Source of the DNA: Nitrospirota bacterium
GTDB taxonomy: Bacteria > Nitrospirota > Nitrospiria > Nitrospirales > Nitrospiraceae
Reading direction: 5' to 3'
DNA: 64,000 nucleotides
Assembly: GCA_963703955.1 (NCBI GenBank)
Contig: CAVPGK010000017.1
Span: 1 to 64,000 of the forward strand
Part shown: piece by piece, positions 51,137-64,000 of the stretch
How the letters are laid out: every line of letters starts with the position of its first letter
Numbering within the stretch: the stretch's first letter is position 1
Translations under genes and position numbers: made by a program
Notes under the pieces: model-generated
Told to the model about the DNA's origin: nothing
The model's input: only the letters and a program-made list of their open reading frames with translations
Databases searched by the model: none

Positions 51137-52012
51137 TTATTCGACGACGGCCTCGCTATGACTCAACGCCCTCTTACCGTCCCTCAAGACCCCCGCCAGC
51201 AAAGAGCTGAACTCCATGGGGACAATGAACTTAGTGGAAGGGCCAGCGCCCATGACCTTTAACGTGTCGAGATATTGCAAGGTCATGGTCTTGGAGTCGA
51301 TTCCCTTGGCCGCGTCGAAAATCTTGCCAAGGACGAGAGCAAAGCCTTCTGCGCGCAAGATCGCGGCTTGTTTATCCCCTTCTGCTTTCAGGATAGCCGA
51401 CTGCTTTTCACCCTCAGCCACCGTCACGGCCGCCTGTTTCGTCCCTTCTGCCTCAGTGACCGTCGCCCGCCGGCTGCGTTCGGCCGACATCTGGCGGGTC
51501 ATGGCCTCTTGAACCTCTTTGGGGGGCGTGATTTCCCGGATCTCGACGGTCGTAATTTTCACTCCCCAGCGTTGCGTGACCTCATCCATTCTCGCCTGCA
51601 AGAGCTGGTTGATCTGTTCGCGTTTGGCCAACACATCGTCAAGCGGAATATCGCCCACGACCGCCCGCAGCGTAGTGGTGGCAATCCCTTGGGAGGCTCC
51701 AGCAAAATCCTGGACCTGTACCACGCTGGCGATTGGATCCAGGACTCGCGAATAGATCAGGAAATCGATGGAAATCGGGGCATTGTCTTTCGTAATACAG
51801 GTCTGGTGGGGGACGATGAGATATATTTCTCGAAGGTCCACGCGAATGGGCCGATCAATCAACGGAATGATCAGGACCAAACCTGGCCCCATGGCCCTTG
51901 GGAGGACTTTGCCGAGCCGGAGGATAACAATGCGCTGATACTCCGGGACGACCTTGATCGTCATGAGCAAGAGGATAACGGTTGCGAGGCCAACTGCCAG
52001 CAGCAGGTACAT
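51137..52012 (-). CDS. SPFH/band 7 protein (QmcA/paraslipin-like)
   Basis: VPEYQR.V.LRLG, ITKDN, TTLRAVVG, WGVKI..VEI, QMSAER.RRA, AEG repeats. Confidence 0.92.
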   Translation of the reverse strand: MYLLLAVGLATVILLLMTIKVVPEYQRIVILRLGKVLPRAMGPGLVLIIPLIDRPIRVDLREIYLIVPHQTCITKDNAPISIDFLIYSRVLDPIASVVQVQDFAGASQGIATTTLRAVVGDIPLDDVLAKREQINQLLQARMDEVTQRWGVKITTVEIREITPPKEVQEAMTRQMSAERSRRATVTEAEGTKQAAVTVAEGEKQSAILKAEGDKQAAILRAEGFALVLGKIFDAAKGIDSKTMTLQYLDTLKVMGAGPSTKFIVPMEFSSLLAGVLRDGKRALSHSEAVVE

Positions 52013-52105
52013 ACTGACCTCCAGTGAGGCGAATTCTCACTTTCAAGGATTCACTAGACAGTATCTTGTGGCCCCCCCCGATCGAGACGGACCACGTGAG
52101 ACCGA

Positions 52106-52231
52106 TTAAGGGATCGGCGTCGATCGTAACGATTTCGCCCTGCGTGCGGCCCGTGCGCTCTTGACCGCACGCCGCGCCACCCGTCGCATCTTCGTCATCA
52201 CTGTCCTTTCATTCCTGCGCTCGCGATTCAT
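52106..52231 (-). CDS. 41-aa Arg/Ala-rich basic peptide (absent from ORF track)
   Basis: GGGAGG RBS; MNRERRNERTVMTKMRRVARRAVKSARAARRAKSLRSTPIP*. Confidence 0.4.
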   Translation of the reverse strand: MNRERRNERTVMTKMRRVARRAVKSARAARRAKSLRSTPIP

Positions 52232-52509
52232 TTCTGCTTCCTCCCACTTGAGCTCTCCATTGCTGAGGCCGTAAGCTAATCGCCAAAGGCCTCTTCAGCT
52301 CGACACCGCTTGTCGTTCGTGGCGCCTTTGGGTTCCATGGATTTGTTCTTGTCGTCATCTAGGCAGCCTGATCGCATCCTCCGCTAGTACCGAGCTTGTG
52401 GATATTCACCGGTTGGAGATCAGCTCCTGCACGATTGTCGGTATTCTTGATCTTGCCCGCCGGCATCTATGATCTTCCGGCTTGCAGACGAATGGCAGAC
52501 GTACTGCGA

Positions 52510-52731
52510 TCACAGCCAAACCGCTGGCTTACGTCGCCGTTGTTCTGGATATTTATGCAAGTTCCGTTGCCGGTGGACCTGTGGATTGGGAGTAAAGTGA
52601 TGCGCTTTGATTTGGTTATCGACTACATTCCCGCAGCACATGCACCGCCATGCCTTCAGCCACGGTCCTCCACCCTCCATATCGATATAGTGGTCCATCA
52701 CCATGAGACCGTAACAGCGTTCGCAGCGCAT
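52510..52731 (-). CDS. Small CxxC/CxxC zinc-ribbon protein
   Basis: MRCERCYGLMV...WRCMCCGNVVD; AAGGAGG RBS; paralog at 32011. Confidence 0.78.
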   Translation of the reverse strand: MRCERCYGLMVMDHYIDMEGGGPWLKAWRCMCCGNVVDNQIKAHHFTPNPQVHRQRNLHKYPEQRRRKPAVWL

Positions 52732-53110
52732 CCTCGTTCCTCCTTTGGCTTATCTTGTCAGAAAGACGTGGACGAGCAAGAGCTCTTCTGGGCAAATACA
52801 GCAGCCCTCGGGTGCAAAGGCGGTCAAAACCCCTTGAGATTGTGATGACGTCGGAAGCAGCGGAGACCCGAGAATCAGACGCGCAGGAAGATGAGCGCGA
52901 GAGATAGGAAAGTCGGCGTGGCTTCGAACGTCATGGTGTCATGCTTCGCTTCATTGGGGACGCCGAGACGTGTCAGTGCCCCCATGTTGAAACGCTGTCT
53001 TCCATGTGTATTTTCTACATCGGCAGTAGGAGTACATGGGGGAGGACTCCTACTCGGCATCCGTCGTGCAATGTTACGTTGGTTCGATGCTATGCCTCCG
53101 GAGGGAAGGA

Positions 53111-53157
53111 GTCTGGTCAAAATTGCTCAGTTTTGAAGATGAGAGGCAGGCAGTGTC
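53111..53157. repeat. Direct repeat copy 1 with internal palindrome
   Basis: 27 nt GTCTGGTCAAAATTGCTCAGTTTTGAA identical to 54674-54700, similarity continues ATGAGAGG.CAGGCAG. Confidence 0.85.
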
Positions 53158-53274
53158 TCATGACTGACCTACGGAGAGCTGACCAAGGTTTGTTGATCAT
53201 TCAAGTCTCTTCAATAGCTTGCCTCCATGCTCGCACCATCTTCGCGTCAACCCCTTGGAGACTGGGAAATCGGT

Positions 53275-53496
53275 CTAGCGCTGCAAAGCCATGACCTCAC
53301 CAGGTCTCCTGACAGTGACCCCTCGATCGTCCACCATGAGGCGCAATTGACCTTTCCGGCTCAGATGATCCAATTCGCGGAAGATCTGACTCCACGTTAA
53401 ATCTGGAAAATGGGATACCAACTCCTCAATCCGACAATCAGGCGCCTTCGCTACCGCTTCGATGATCCGATCAGTAAGAGCAGACTCCGATTGCAT
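53275..53496 (-). CDS. Small winged-helix-like protein
   Basis: GGAGGT RBS; paralog at 31709. Confidence 0.75.
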   Translation of the reverse strand: MQSESALTDRIIEAVAKAPDCRIEELVSHFPDLTWSQIFRELDHLSRKGQLRLMVDDRGVTVRRPGEVMALQR

Positions 53497-54110
53497 GGTA
53501 ATACCTCCGTTCTAAGACAACAGGCCGCAAAACCCTCGACCCCCCCTTACCTTTCATCAAAGTTCTGACTTCACATGGGCTCGCCGCATCGCCACAGTTC
53601 AGGCGAGACCCCTGGCGGGCGGACGCAGAAGGAGACCACACGATCACCATTCCGATGATTACGATGGACCGTCAGCGCGTTCGCAGCACATCTCCGTTTC
53701 ACCTCTTGGCTACTTTTCTTCAACGTGGGGAGCGCAATTCCATTCGGTAAATTTGCCAATCGTTCTGACTTGTCCATTTTGATTCTCGCAGATAGCCGGC
53801 TGCTCATCCCTCATTTGGCGGCTCTTGGACCGTCCAGACTCACGGGTTCGGGAGTCGGGAGTTTGACTGACATTCGTCTTTTGTCTGCCTCTGGACGGAG
53901 GGTCGTGACCGCGCGCCTTCACCAAAACCTTGGCCGGCCAGGATCAATCCTTTCCGGCGAATCTCTTCGATGGAGATGGAAGGACGGTCTTTTGCTCGCG
54001 GCACGAGTTTCCCCTGTTCAGATTTGACCCTCCGCTTCGGTATGAGTCGTTTCTTTTGAGACCATCCTTTCCAAGCCATTTCAAAACCTCCCTCGGCCGC
54101 CAATAAATCT

Positions 54111-54326
54111 CTATTCCTCTCGTGCCTTCTTCAATAAAATAGGCGGACCATCCCCTCTACAGCCCTGATCAAATGCCAAGAAAACGGTGTCAACACTTAG
54201 ATTCTCTACCCGTGTATGGCGAATAAGTCGGTCTGGTAGATGGGTGTGAGCCCATGCGGCCCACGCCGGGAAATCGGCCTCCCGCACCTTCCCATTGTGC
54301 AAAATGTAATACCGCAGGCTACCCAT
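54111..54326 (-). CDS. Hypothetical protein, possibly truncated
   Basis: YYIL...WAAW...V.TVFL..D.....GPPIL pattern. Confidence 0.4.
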   Translation of the reverse strand: MGSLRYYILHNGKVREADFPAWAAWAHTHLPDRLIRHTRVENLSVDTVFLAFDQGCRGDGPPILLKKAREE

Positions 54327-54673
54327 ACAGGAGGCTGCCTGTCCGTCAACGTGCCACGTTTCACGCAATTCGAGTTCCATCCACACTTGCCTGGCGTCGC
54401 GTCGTACCTTTCCATCCAACATTTCCCCACGTTCCGGCTTTCATTCTCCGTGGACTGTGCGCAGATCGAGCAAATGTGCGGTCCCAGAGTTTTTGATGTG
54501 TAGCACACCTCCAGATTTGCCGAGCTACCCTCACAGCAGGAGACCAGATCCATGTGGGTGTGGTCTTACGACGACCGGACGACTCGGCAGGTCACGCTGT
54601 CGCCTCCTTCGTGCCCAAAACGTGAGGACGAGGTCAGAATGTCAGCTTAATTATGCCTATGAGAGGAATCGCC

Positions 54674-54730
54674 GTCTGGTCAAAATTGCTCAGTTTTGAA
54701 AAATGAGAGGGCAGGCAGCTTGGCAGTGTC
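54674..54730. repeat. Direct repeat copy 2 with internal palindrome
   Basis: Matches 53111-53157. Confidence 0.85.
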
Positions 54731-54761
54731 CCCGCTCGACGCCAACAGCACCTATCGGAAT

Positions 54762-54910
54762 AGTCGTGCAGGACCTATTGAGGAGAGAGCTGTGAACTTG
54801 CAATCCGCCCTTATAGTGAATGAAGCCCAGCTTCCTGAACGTATTCATGAAGAAACTGACCCGTGACCGAGTGGTGCCGACCATTTCGGCCACACAGCAT
54901 CTGGGTTCCT
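54762..54910 (-). pseudogene. Remnant of a Crp/Fnr regulator C-terminal HTH
   Basis: AEMVGTTRSRVSFFMN.FRKLGFI.Y.GGLQVHSSLLN; no room for a cNMP domain before the ndvB stop. Confidence 0.8.
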
Positions 54911-54959
54911 GTGGCAGAGGACTAACAAAAACCAGCGTGAGGGACCTTTTTTGGAGCGG

Positions 54960-57900
54960 TCACTCTGTGTTCACTGGTGCGGCGTGTATTCTCACCTCGG
55001 CCCAGTGTTCCTGGCGGTCATCAATAAGGGGAATAGCCTGGTCGTGTTGGTCAACACCATCGACTATCACGCTCGTCTGGTTGTTCGCGGCGTCCGTTTG
55101 GAGGACGGTGATATGGTAAACCGTTTCCCGGTATCGGTAGTGTACCGTGAACGCCCTCCAATCCGCGGGGAGGCAGGGAGCGAAACGCAGTCTGTCTACT
55201 TCCAGCCGTAGCCCCAGGAGCGACTCCACGATAAGCCGGTACATCCAGCCGGCCGAGCCCGTGTACCACGTCCATCCACCGCGACCATTGTGGGGCGAGA
55301 GTGCATAGACGTCGGCCGCGACGACATATGGTTCTACTTTGTAGATCGCAATCCCCTCCAGAGATGTCGCATGATTCACCGGGTTGACCATGGCCAACAG
55401 CTCCCACGCGCGTCGGCTGTCTCCCAATGCGGCGAACGCCATGGTCGCCCAGATCGCCCCATGTGTGTACTGCCCGCCGTTTTCTCTCACGCCCGGGACG
55501 TATCCTTTGATATAGCCGGGATTCAGATCGGATTTGTCGAATGGCGGATCCAATAGTTGGATCAGCGAATGGGCCCGGCGAACGAGGCGCTTATCCACCG
55601 CATCCATGGCCATGCGGGAGCGGTCGACATCGCCCGCCACCGGAGAGAACCGACCAGCTTTGCGCAATCGAATCGATCTGGCATTCGGGATTACTCGCCG
55701 ACCCAAGTGGCGAGCCATCGTCAAAGTAGCCACGGCGATACCACTCTCCATCCCAGCCATGCTGCTCGATATTTTGGCGCACGTGAGCCGCCTCCCTCCG
55801 ACAACGTTCAGCGAAAGGCACGTCACCCCGCAGGCGTGCCACCTCAGCGAACTGCATGAGGACCTCATACAGGAAGAATCCCAACCAGACGCTTTCTCCC
55901 TTACCGTGTTCGCCGACCATGTTCATGCCGTCGTTCCAGTCACCGGAACCAATGAGTGGGCAGACCGTGCTCCCCACGTGTGAGGCCTCTCAGAATGGCT
56001 CGCACACAGTGTTCGTACAAACTGGCCGCCGCCTCAGACCGGCCTGGCAGATCGTAGTATGAGTCCTCCTCCATGTTGACCGGCCGGCCTTCGACGAAGT
56101 GGATGGGTTCATCCAACACCCCGGTGTCCCCGGTGCTCAGAACGTAGCGGCATGTCGCCAGGGGTAGCCAGAGGTAGTCATCCGAACAGTGCGTACGCAC
56201 GCCCCGACCTGAAGGCGGATGCCACCAGTGCTGGACATCTCCCTCCTGGAACTGACGGGCCGCGCAGAGCAGCAGGTGCTCGCGCACAAGATGCGGCTCG
56301 GTATGGATGAGCGCCATCACGTCCTGCAACTGATCGCGGAACCCGAAGGCGCCCCCTGATTGGTAGTATCCGCTCCGCGCCCAAAGACGGCACGCCAGCG
56401 TCTGGTACAAGAGCCAGCCGTTGGTCAGCACGTTGAGCGACTGGTCTGGCGTTTCCACCTGCACGGCGCCGAGCGTGTGCTTCCAGTACTGCCACACCGC
56501 TTCGAGCGCGCCACGCGCGGCAGCAGATCCACGGAAGCGATGCACCAGATTGCTGGCCTCATCGACGTTTCGCCCGACGCCGAGCCTGAAGATGATCTCG
56601 CGCTCCTGTCCGTCGGCCAGGTCGAAGGGAACCTGGATCGCGGCGCAGGGATCCAGAGCGGCCCCCACCTTGCCGGAAAGCCGCGACCGATTCATCGCAG
56701 CCGGACTTCGAAGCGTGCCGTTGCGCCCGATAAATTCAGTCCGGTCGCCACTCACGGTCCGAGTCGTATCGTCCACGTCGAAGAAGGCAATCCGACCGGC
56801 GAACTCGGTGTTGTAGGGATTGCGCGCGAAGAGCGCGCCGCTGTTGGGGTCAATTTCGGTGATCACGTGCATGGCCGATTTCGGCCGCAGATCTCCCAGC
56901 ACCCATTCGACGTAGCCCGTCGCGGACAGCCTGCGCGATCGGCCTGACTCGTTGCGCACTTTCAGCACCATGAACTTGATCGGTGCATCCAGGGCCACGT
57001 ACACCCACAGCTCTGAGCGAATGCCGCGCTCCGTGTGCTCGAAGACGCTGTAGCCGAAGCCGTGCCGGCTGACGTAGGCATCGCTCCGCGGCTGGGCAGC
57101 GGCGTGGGCGACCAGAAGTGGCCGCTCTCTTCGTCGCGGATGTAGAAGGCTTCTCCGCTCGAATCGCTCACCGGGTCGTTGTGCCAGGGAGTGAGACGGA
57201 ATTCGTGGGCGTTCTCGCTCCAGGTGTAGGCCTGGCCGTTCTCCGAGATGACGGTTCCAAAGTGCGGATTCGCCAGCACATTCACCCACGGTGCCGGCGT
57301 CACTTGCCCGCGCGCGGTCGTGATGACGTACTCGCGCCCGTCAGGCGTGAATCCTCCCAGTCCGTTGAAGAAGATCAGATCGTGGCGCGGCAACGCGGCG
57401 GATGGCGAAGGTTCGGCGCGGCGGGTGCGGGTTGACGTAAGGCGCGGCACGGTGACTTCCACCTGGCCGCGACGGGTGATCTGTTCCGCCAGCGTTCCCC
57501 GCCTGTCGGTGATGATGGCGCGCGCGACCGATTGGAGCAGAATGCGGTCCTCGTTCGATATCTGCTCCGCAGGACGCACGAAGATGCCGCCGGGTCGATC
57601 CATCACATGCGCTTCGACGCCCGCGGCAATCAGCCCCATGATTTGTTCCTGGAGCAGTTGCCGGTAACCGGCGTGATCTTCGTTCCAGATCACCAGGTCC
57701 ACGGCCAGCCCCTTCGAGCGCCAGTACGCGTGGGCCTGCACGAGTTGGCGTACCAGATCGATATTGGCCGGGTCTCCAATCTGCAGCAGCACGATCGGCA
57801 GATCGCCGGAGATGGCGTAGCCCCATAGACCGGATTGCCCGCGGCGGTTCTTGATGAGGACGCCCGGGTCGGCGCGCAGGGAGGAATTGGCGTAGATGAC

Positions 57901-60900
57901 GGAGCTGGCCAGGCGTCCATAGAGTTGCGCGTCGGCCTCGGTGGCATTGAGCTGCCGCAGGACCACCTGGCTGTGGGTCCATGCCAGATCGAAGACGCGA
58001 TCGGCGAGACGCCGATCCTGGTATTTCTCGACCAGGCCCAGGCAGACGTCGCGGGTTTCGCCGATGCCGGACACCATATCGATCGTGGCCGATTCTTCCG
58101 GATCGAGCGTGATCCGATATCGGATCGCGACAATCGGATCCAGCACCGAGCCCTGGCTGCCCGAGAGCGCCGCGGAATCGCTCATCGCTTGTGGCGCAGC
58201 GACGGTGTTTCCACGGCCGATGAACTGCATGCGGTCCGTCTCATAGGAAATCTCTCCGATGTCCGCCCCGTGCACGGCCATCAGGTGAAACATCCATGGC
58301 GTCTGCTCGTCGAGGGAGCGCGGGCCGGCGAGTGCAGAGGATCGCCTGCCGCTCCGCGGATGATCTCGGTCTGAACAAAGAGATTGCTGAACGCCGGATG
58401 CAGCGCGTCCGCGGCAGACGAGGTCGAGAACGACTTCCGCGTAACTCGTGACGTCGATCGTTCTGCGTGTCCGAGAGCCGTTGGTGATGCGGATTCGGCG
58501 CAGTTCGATGTCATCTTCCGGCGAAACAACGATCTCCGTATGCGTATCGAAATCGTGGTCGCGGCGGCGAAACTCAGCCCGTCCCTCAGAAAAAATGACT
58601 TCGTAATTCTTCGATGGCTTCAGGGTCGGCTGATAGGCGGTCGACCAGAACTCCCCGCTCGTCACGTCGCGGATGTAACAGAACGTGCCCCAGTTGTCGC
58701 AGGTACTGTCTTCGCGCCAGCGCGTGACTGCGATGTCCTTCCAGCGACTGTACCCGCCTCCCGCGTTCGTGATCATCACGTGGTATCTGCCGTTCGACAA
58801 CAACTGCACTTCCGGAATCGGAGTGTTCGGGCTGCTGAACACGCGCACCGGTGTCTCCGCATCCACTGGAAGTCGTCCGTACGTCGGAAAGCTCGGCGGT
58901 GTGCGAATAGAACGCCGTGGCCTTTGGAATCCGCTCCTGGAGCAACAGCGTGGTCGCCTGAAACAACGGATCCGACTCAAATCGTTTCTGCATCGGACGG
59001 TCCAGGATCAGATAGGCCAGAGAAAGGAGGCTCATGCCCTCGTGATGCGCCATGAAGGACCGAACCACCGCGCTCGATTGTCCCCGTGGGAGACGGGAAG
59101 GAGTGTAGTCGATGGCTTCATAGAAGCCGAACTGTCCTTCAACCCCTTCAGCCGCGAGTCGCTGCAGGTTCAGACACGCCTCCTCGGGCGCCACCATCAG
59201 GGCGAGCGCCGAGGCATACGGCGCAATGACCAAATCCTCGGCAAGCCCGCGTTTGAGTCCCAGGCCGGGCACGCCAAATGCGCGGTACTGGTAGTTAAGA
59301 TGAACGTCGATCGTGTTGTAGCCGGATTCCGACATGCCCCATGGGACGTCCGCGCTGCCTTCCATACTCGATCTGTCTCTCCACCGCCGCCTTGTAGGTC
59401 TGGTCGAGCAGCGTGTTGTCGTAGGTCGGCATCACCAGCAGCGGCATGAGGTACTCGAACATCGAACCGCTCCACGAGAGGAGAACCGGCCCACCACCGG
59501 CGGTCGTGAGCAGGCGCCCCAGGGCAAACCAGCTGCTCCTGCGGCAGTTGTCCCTGCGCAATCGCCACGAAACTGCACAATCTCGCTTCCGACGCCAGCA
59601 GATCGTAGTAACTCGAGTCCCGCCGGCGCTCACCGACGTTGTACCCGATAGCCAGCAGATGACATCGCCTTGTCGAACAGGAAGTCATACTCCATGCTGG
59701 CGAAGTTGACTTGATTGCAGTGCAAGTCCTTCGACGGCCGCAATCCTTTCTCTGGCGCGTTGGCTTGCCTTCGCAATGAGCCGTTGAAGGCCATCAACCC
59801 ACTCGCTCTCCTCGTGCGTCACCTCCGAGCGCAACCGATGTTCGATTGCCGGCAGACACTCCGCGTCAAGTCTTGCCAATTCGCGCAGCGTTGGGATCTC
59901 GTCGATGTCGGGAAATTCGCTGAGCCTATTCGGTGAGGCCGACAGCAATGTCCACGGAGCGAGAAACATCAGCTCATCGAGGGCGTCACGGCATTGCCGG
60001 GCAAGCGCGCGCGCCCACCAGGTGGCTTGGCTCTCGGGGTCGGCCTTAAGGCCAGCGAGCACCTCCTCGGCGGTCGTCGCCAGCCGGTCAAGGCAGAGCC
60101 GCGCCGCCGTGAGCGTGGTTGGCCGGGAATCGTAGACAGACTCCAGATGCTTCTGAAATTGAACGAGCTGGGCCGGAGCGGCTTCTCCCGCAGCGTCCAC
60201 GAGGACCCTGAGTGTGTCGCTGAGCCCGTCAAAGAATCGCGACCCCAGGATCTTCTGATCGGGAAGTGCGAGCAGACCCGGCCGCAATGTCAGCAGATGG
60301 CCCGCAAGGTTTCCGCTGTCCACCGTCGAAATGTAGGTAGGGAGCAGCGGTTTCAGAGACTGCGTGTCGTACCAGTTGTAGAAGTGGCCTCGGTGCCGTT
60401 CCAACGTTTCCATCGTGTGGAGTGCATTCGCCGTGCGCTCGATGAGTTGTCCGGCCGAAATGTAGCCGAAGTCGTACGCGGACAGATTCGCGAGCAGCGC
60501 AAGTCCCATGTTGGTCGGCGACGTGCGATGCGCGACCACGGCAACGGGATGCTCCTGATAGTTATCAGGCGGCAGCCAATGATCTTCCGGACCGACGAAC
60601 GTCTCGAAGAACGCCCAGGTCTTTCGGGAAAGCTTCCGGAGAAAGATGGTCTGGTCAGCCGTCAGCCTTGCTGCGCGCCGAGCGAGCGGCCGGCTGATCC
60701 ACCACGCGATAGCGGGGGAGGCAAACCAGAGACCCAGTATGGGCACAGCCACAGCTAACGCGACCGGCTCAGAAAGCGTCAGATAGATCACCGCGGCAGT
60801 GGCAAGCACGGGGGCGATCCACATCGTTCGATAGAAGGCGACGAGGTCTGTGCGGCGATCGCGATCCGGGTCGCCCGACGGATTCCATTCGAGAAGTCGT

Positions 60901-63699
60901 GTGTGGGTGACCAGCATCCGCCAGGCCGTGCGCACGATCGCATCCAGACTGAAGAACGCCTCGTAGGGAAGGCACACGAGCGTAAACACCGCCTGAGCGA
61001 CGTGCCGGCCAGCCGAGCGTACTGCGGCGGCGAGATGCTGACCCAGCAGCACATCGTCCGGCTTCTGAAACAGATCCAGAATAGAGGCAATCAAAGGAGG
61101 AATCAGGATGATTCCGATCACCGACAAGGTCCAAAACCAGGGCGGTGACAAGACCGTCCAGCCCAGCAGCAACAGGAGTGTCAACGCCGAAGGCACGAGA
61201 CTGCGCCGAAGGTTGTCGAAGAGCTTCCATCGGGACAGTCCAGAGAGCGGATTCTTCTGACGACGCCCGCCAGGGCCGGGAACGCGCGGCAGCAGCCACC
61301 GCGCAAGCTGCCAATCCCCGCGAATCCAGCGGTGCCGGCGGCTCACGTCCGCGCTGTAGCGAGACGGATACTCCTCGTACAACTGCACATCGCTCAACAG
61401 CCCCGCCCGCGCGTAGCACCCTTCCAGAAGATCGTGGCTGAGGATCCGGTTCTCGGGAAAACGCCCGTTGAGTGCCCGCTCGAACGCATCGACATCATAG
61501 ATGCCCTTGCCGATGAACGAGCCTTCACCGAACAGGTCCTGGTACACATCGGAGACGGCGCGCGTATAGGGGTCGATGCCCGGCTCACTCCCGTACAGTC
61601 GCGCATACCGCGACCGGTTCGTGCCTGGCAGGCTCACGGCCACGCGTGGCTGAAGGATGCCGTATCCCTCACAGACACGTTGCTTGTCTTCGTCGTACCG
61701 CGCACGATTCAGCGGGTGCGCCATGGCTCCCACAAACTGCCACGCCGAATCGCGCGGGAGTTGCGTATCCGTGTCGAGGGTGATCACGTACTTCACGGTC
61801 GACAACACGGCCGTTTCACCGACGACGAGTGAGAAGCGATCCCGTGAGCCGCCGCGCAGAAGCTAATTCAATTCCGCAAGCTTTCCTCGCTTCCGCTCGT
61901 AACCCATCCACATCCGCTCCCGAGGATTCCATCGGCGCGGGCGATGAAACAGAAAGAACGTATCGCGTTTCGCATCGTTGTACTTTTCATTCAGCTCTTC
62001 GATCCTCTTCTGGGCCAGCCGCAACAGCGGTTCGTCCTCCGGAAGCGTTTCCTCGTGCGCGTCTCGAAAATCAGTCAACAGGCCGAAGTGCAGGTTGTCG
62101 TCCCGATTGGCCAGGAACCGGACTTCGAGCGCTTCGATCAGATCCTCGATGTTCTGAGTGCTGACGAGCATAGTCGGGACCACGACCAGCGTGCGCGATT
62201 CCGGCGGAATTCCTTCGGAGAAGTCCATTCGCGGCAGCGGATGCGGCGTCACCAGCAATGTCGCCAGCCAGTTCACCAGCGCGACCGCCAGATGACTTGT
62301 ACAGAGCAGCGAAAGGATACCGATCAGCGCGAGCAACCAACCATACACATCCTCGGCATACGCCTTTGCCAGCAAGCTCCCGGTGAGGATCACCGTCAGC
62401 AAGCGTGATCGTGCCGAGATAGAGGAGCAAAGGAAACCGGCCGCTCATTCTCTGAAGAGCCTCAGAGGTGGAGAGGCGCACCTCCGCCGTTCGTTCGAGC
62501 TGCGGCAATCCCTTGTCGATCAGGTAGAAGCCGACATGTGCCGCTCGATCGTCGCCGCCTTTCCTGGCCGCGCCCTCGTGCGCCAGCTGGATCGCGGTGC
62601 GCGCCACTTCGCCTTCGGAGAGCCGGCTGCTCTTCGCGATCTTCTCCACCACGTGACGGTAGCGATCACGGGTGGCAAAATCCATCTTGCCGTAGACTCC
62701 ACCGGGATCCTCACGCAGTGTCTGCTCGACAACGCTCATCGTCTCGACGAACTCGCGCCAGTCCATCGCCCCCAGAAATCGGAGACTGCCGATGCTGTTG
62801 CTGATGGAGACCTGGTCGGCGGCCTGCTGTTGGTTCTCCGACTGCACCAACTGCTCAATCGTCAGGCCGGACTCGGAGAGCCGCTGCTCGATCCAGGTGA
62901 GCGGCAATGCCAACGCGGGGCTCTGTCCCTGCAACCGGCGCGCAAATTCCGCAACAAACGAACTCACCATCGGCGGGTTCGACCGCGCCATGTCCGCGAT
63001 CACCAGAATCAGGCTCTTCGGGTCCTTCTCGGCGATCTCCGTCATCTGGTCCGCCCAGTAGTCGGCGCGGTTTCGGTCGATCCTGTCGGCGGCAATCCGC
63101 GCTCCAACGCGCCGGAGATTCTCGATCAGCGCCAGGCGCAGCATGATCGGGATGGCCCACAATTCGCCTAACTTCAGGGCGGTGACTGTCTGGTAGGCTG
63201 CGACGAAACTGCTGAGACTTTCCGGATCCACCCGTCCATCGCCGTGCGAGATCGTCTCCAGCGCGATGTCATACACGCGCGGAAGCCCGGCCGATGGGCC
63301 ATTCAGCAAGCGAGGCAGTTCCCGGCTGTAACCCTTCGGCAAGTGCCTCTTGGCCGTGCGAATCTGCTCTTCGATCAGATAGAAGTTATCGAGCAGCCAT
63401 TCCCCGGCCGGCGTAATCCGGCGGTTCGCCTTGACCGCCTCCGTCAGCAGATTGCGGACTCCGATCAGGACGCTTTCATTCTCAGCCAGCCGCGCCAGAA
63501 GCTGGTCCGGAGCTCGTCCCGGACTCAACGTGTGCAAGCCCGCCAGGGTCTTGCCATGCTGCTCCATCTGGTCGGCGCTGAACAGTTCCGATCGCAGCGG
63601 TGGCTCGTCGACGGCGTACTGTTCTGCCAGGCCGTTTCCGAGGAGACTCTCCCTCAAACGGAGCACGTTCCCGAGAATGAGCTTGCTGCTGACCTTCAC
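54960..63699 (-). CDS. ndvB: Cyclic beta-1,2-glucan synthase (NdvB/ChvB/Cgs; GT84 plus GH94-like), about 10 frameshifts
   Basis: Ordered fragments: EWLLDNFYLI, GYERKRGKL, ITLDTDTQL, SHDLLEG, RRHRWIRGDWQ, LPPDNYQE, YDLLASEAR, SWSGSMFEYLMP, YQSGGAFGFRDQLQD, GDWNDGMN, RENGGQYTH, GGWTWYTGSAGW. Confidence 0.93.
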
Positions 63700-64000
63700 G
63701 TGTGAGGTCTCTTTCTTAGAGGTCTCGCGAACCAGCTCGCAACCAGGGTGGCGGCTTCGGATTGCCCCTCTTCGGCGCTTCTTGCTTAGAGCAACCGTTG
63801 CGAAACAGAAGATCGAGCGCTGGCGAGTAGACTGGAATGAGCAGCGGCTGCACCGCTCCCTTGGACAGTTGATCCTGGCGAAACTTGCTCAGCGACAGAT
63901 TCAAACCAGACCGTAGGAAGCCCAGAATTTCTCGTTCGCCGCAGCCCGGTATGAGCGGAGGTCTCAACAATGTGCCTGACTTATCGGAGGTGTGATACAA

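Noticed and set aside
63716..64000. ORF at the window end and short GAGGTCTC repeats
   Set aside because: No recognisable protein features; repeats too short to interpret.

Overview
GC-rich bacterial chromosome segment. Gene families and intergenic repeats suggest a Nitrospirota-like organism (inference, not database-checked). Bases 1-29,100 are mostly housekeeping: thyX-like, His-tailed DMT transporter, selO, leuCD, zwf, acetolactate synthase operon, tldD/tldE-like, YihY, permease, aminotransferase and yjbQ. They end in a signalling module of a Sel1/TPR protein, a membrane-bound CHASE2-sigma54 activator and an OmpA-domain gene with a canonical sigma54 promoter. From about 29,100 to the end is an accessory, stress-type island. 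It holds an XRE regulator with twin operators, a long run of small genes (several paralogous), two SPFH genes, a type I restriction-modification locus and a roughly 8.7 kb cyclic beta-1,2-glucan synthase gene. Most notable: (1) the hsdS-hsdM interval is an array of toxin-antitoxin cassettes separated by repeated copies of the hsdM 5' end; (2) a C/U-rich, structured non-coding motif recurs four times in island leaders or gene junctions; (3) the CHASE2-sigma54 module. Many genes carry single-base frameshifts without stop-codon decay, most likely uncorrected long-read errors. No tRNA, rRNA, CRISPR array, integrase or transposase was recognised.
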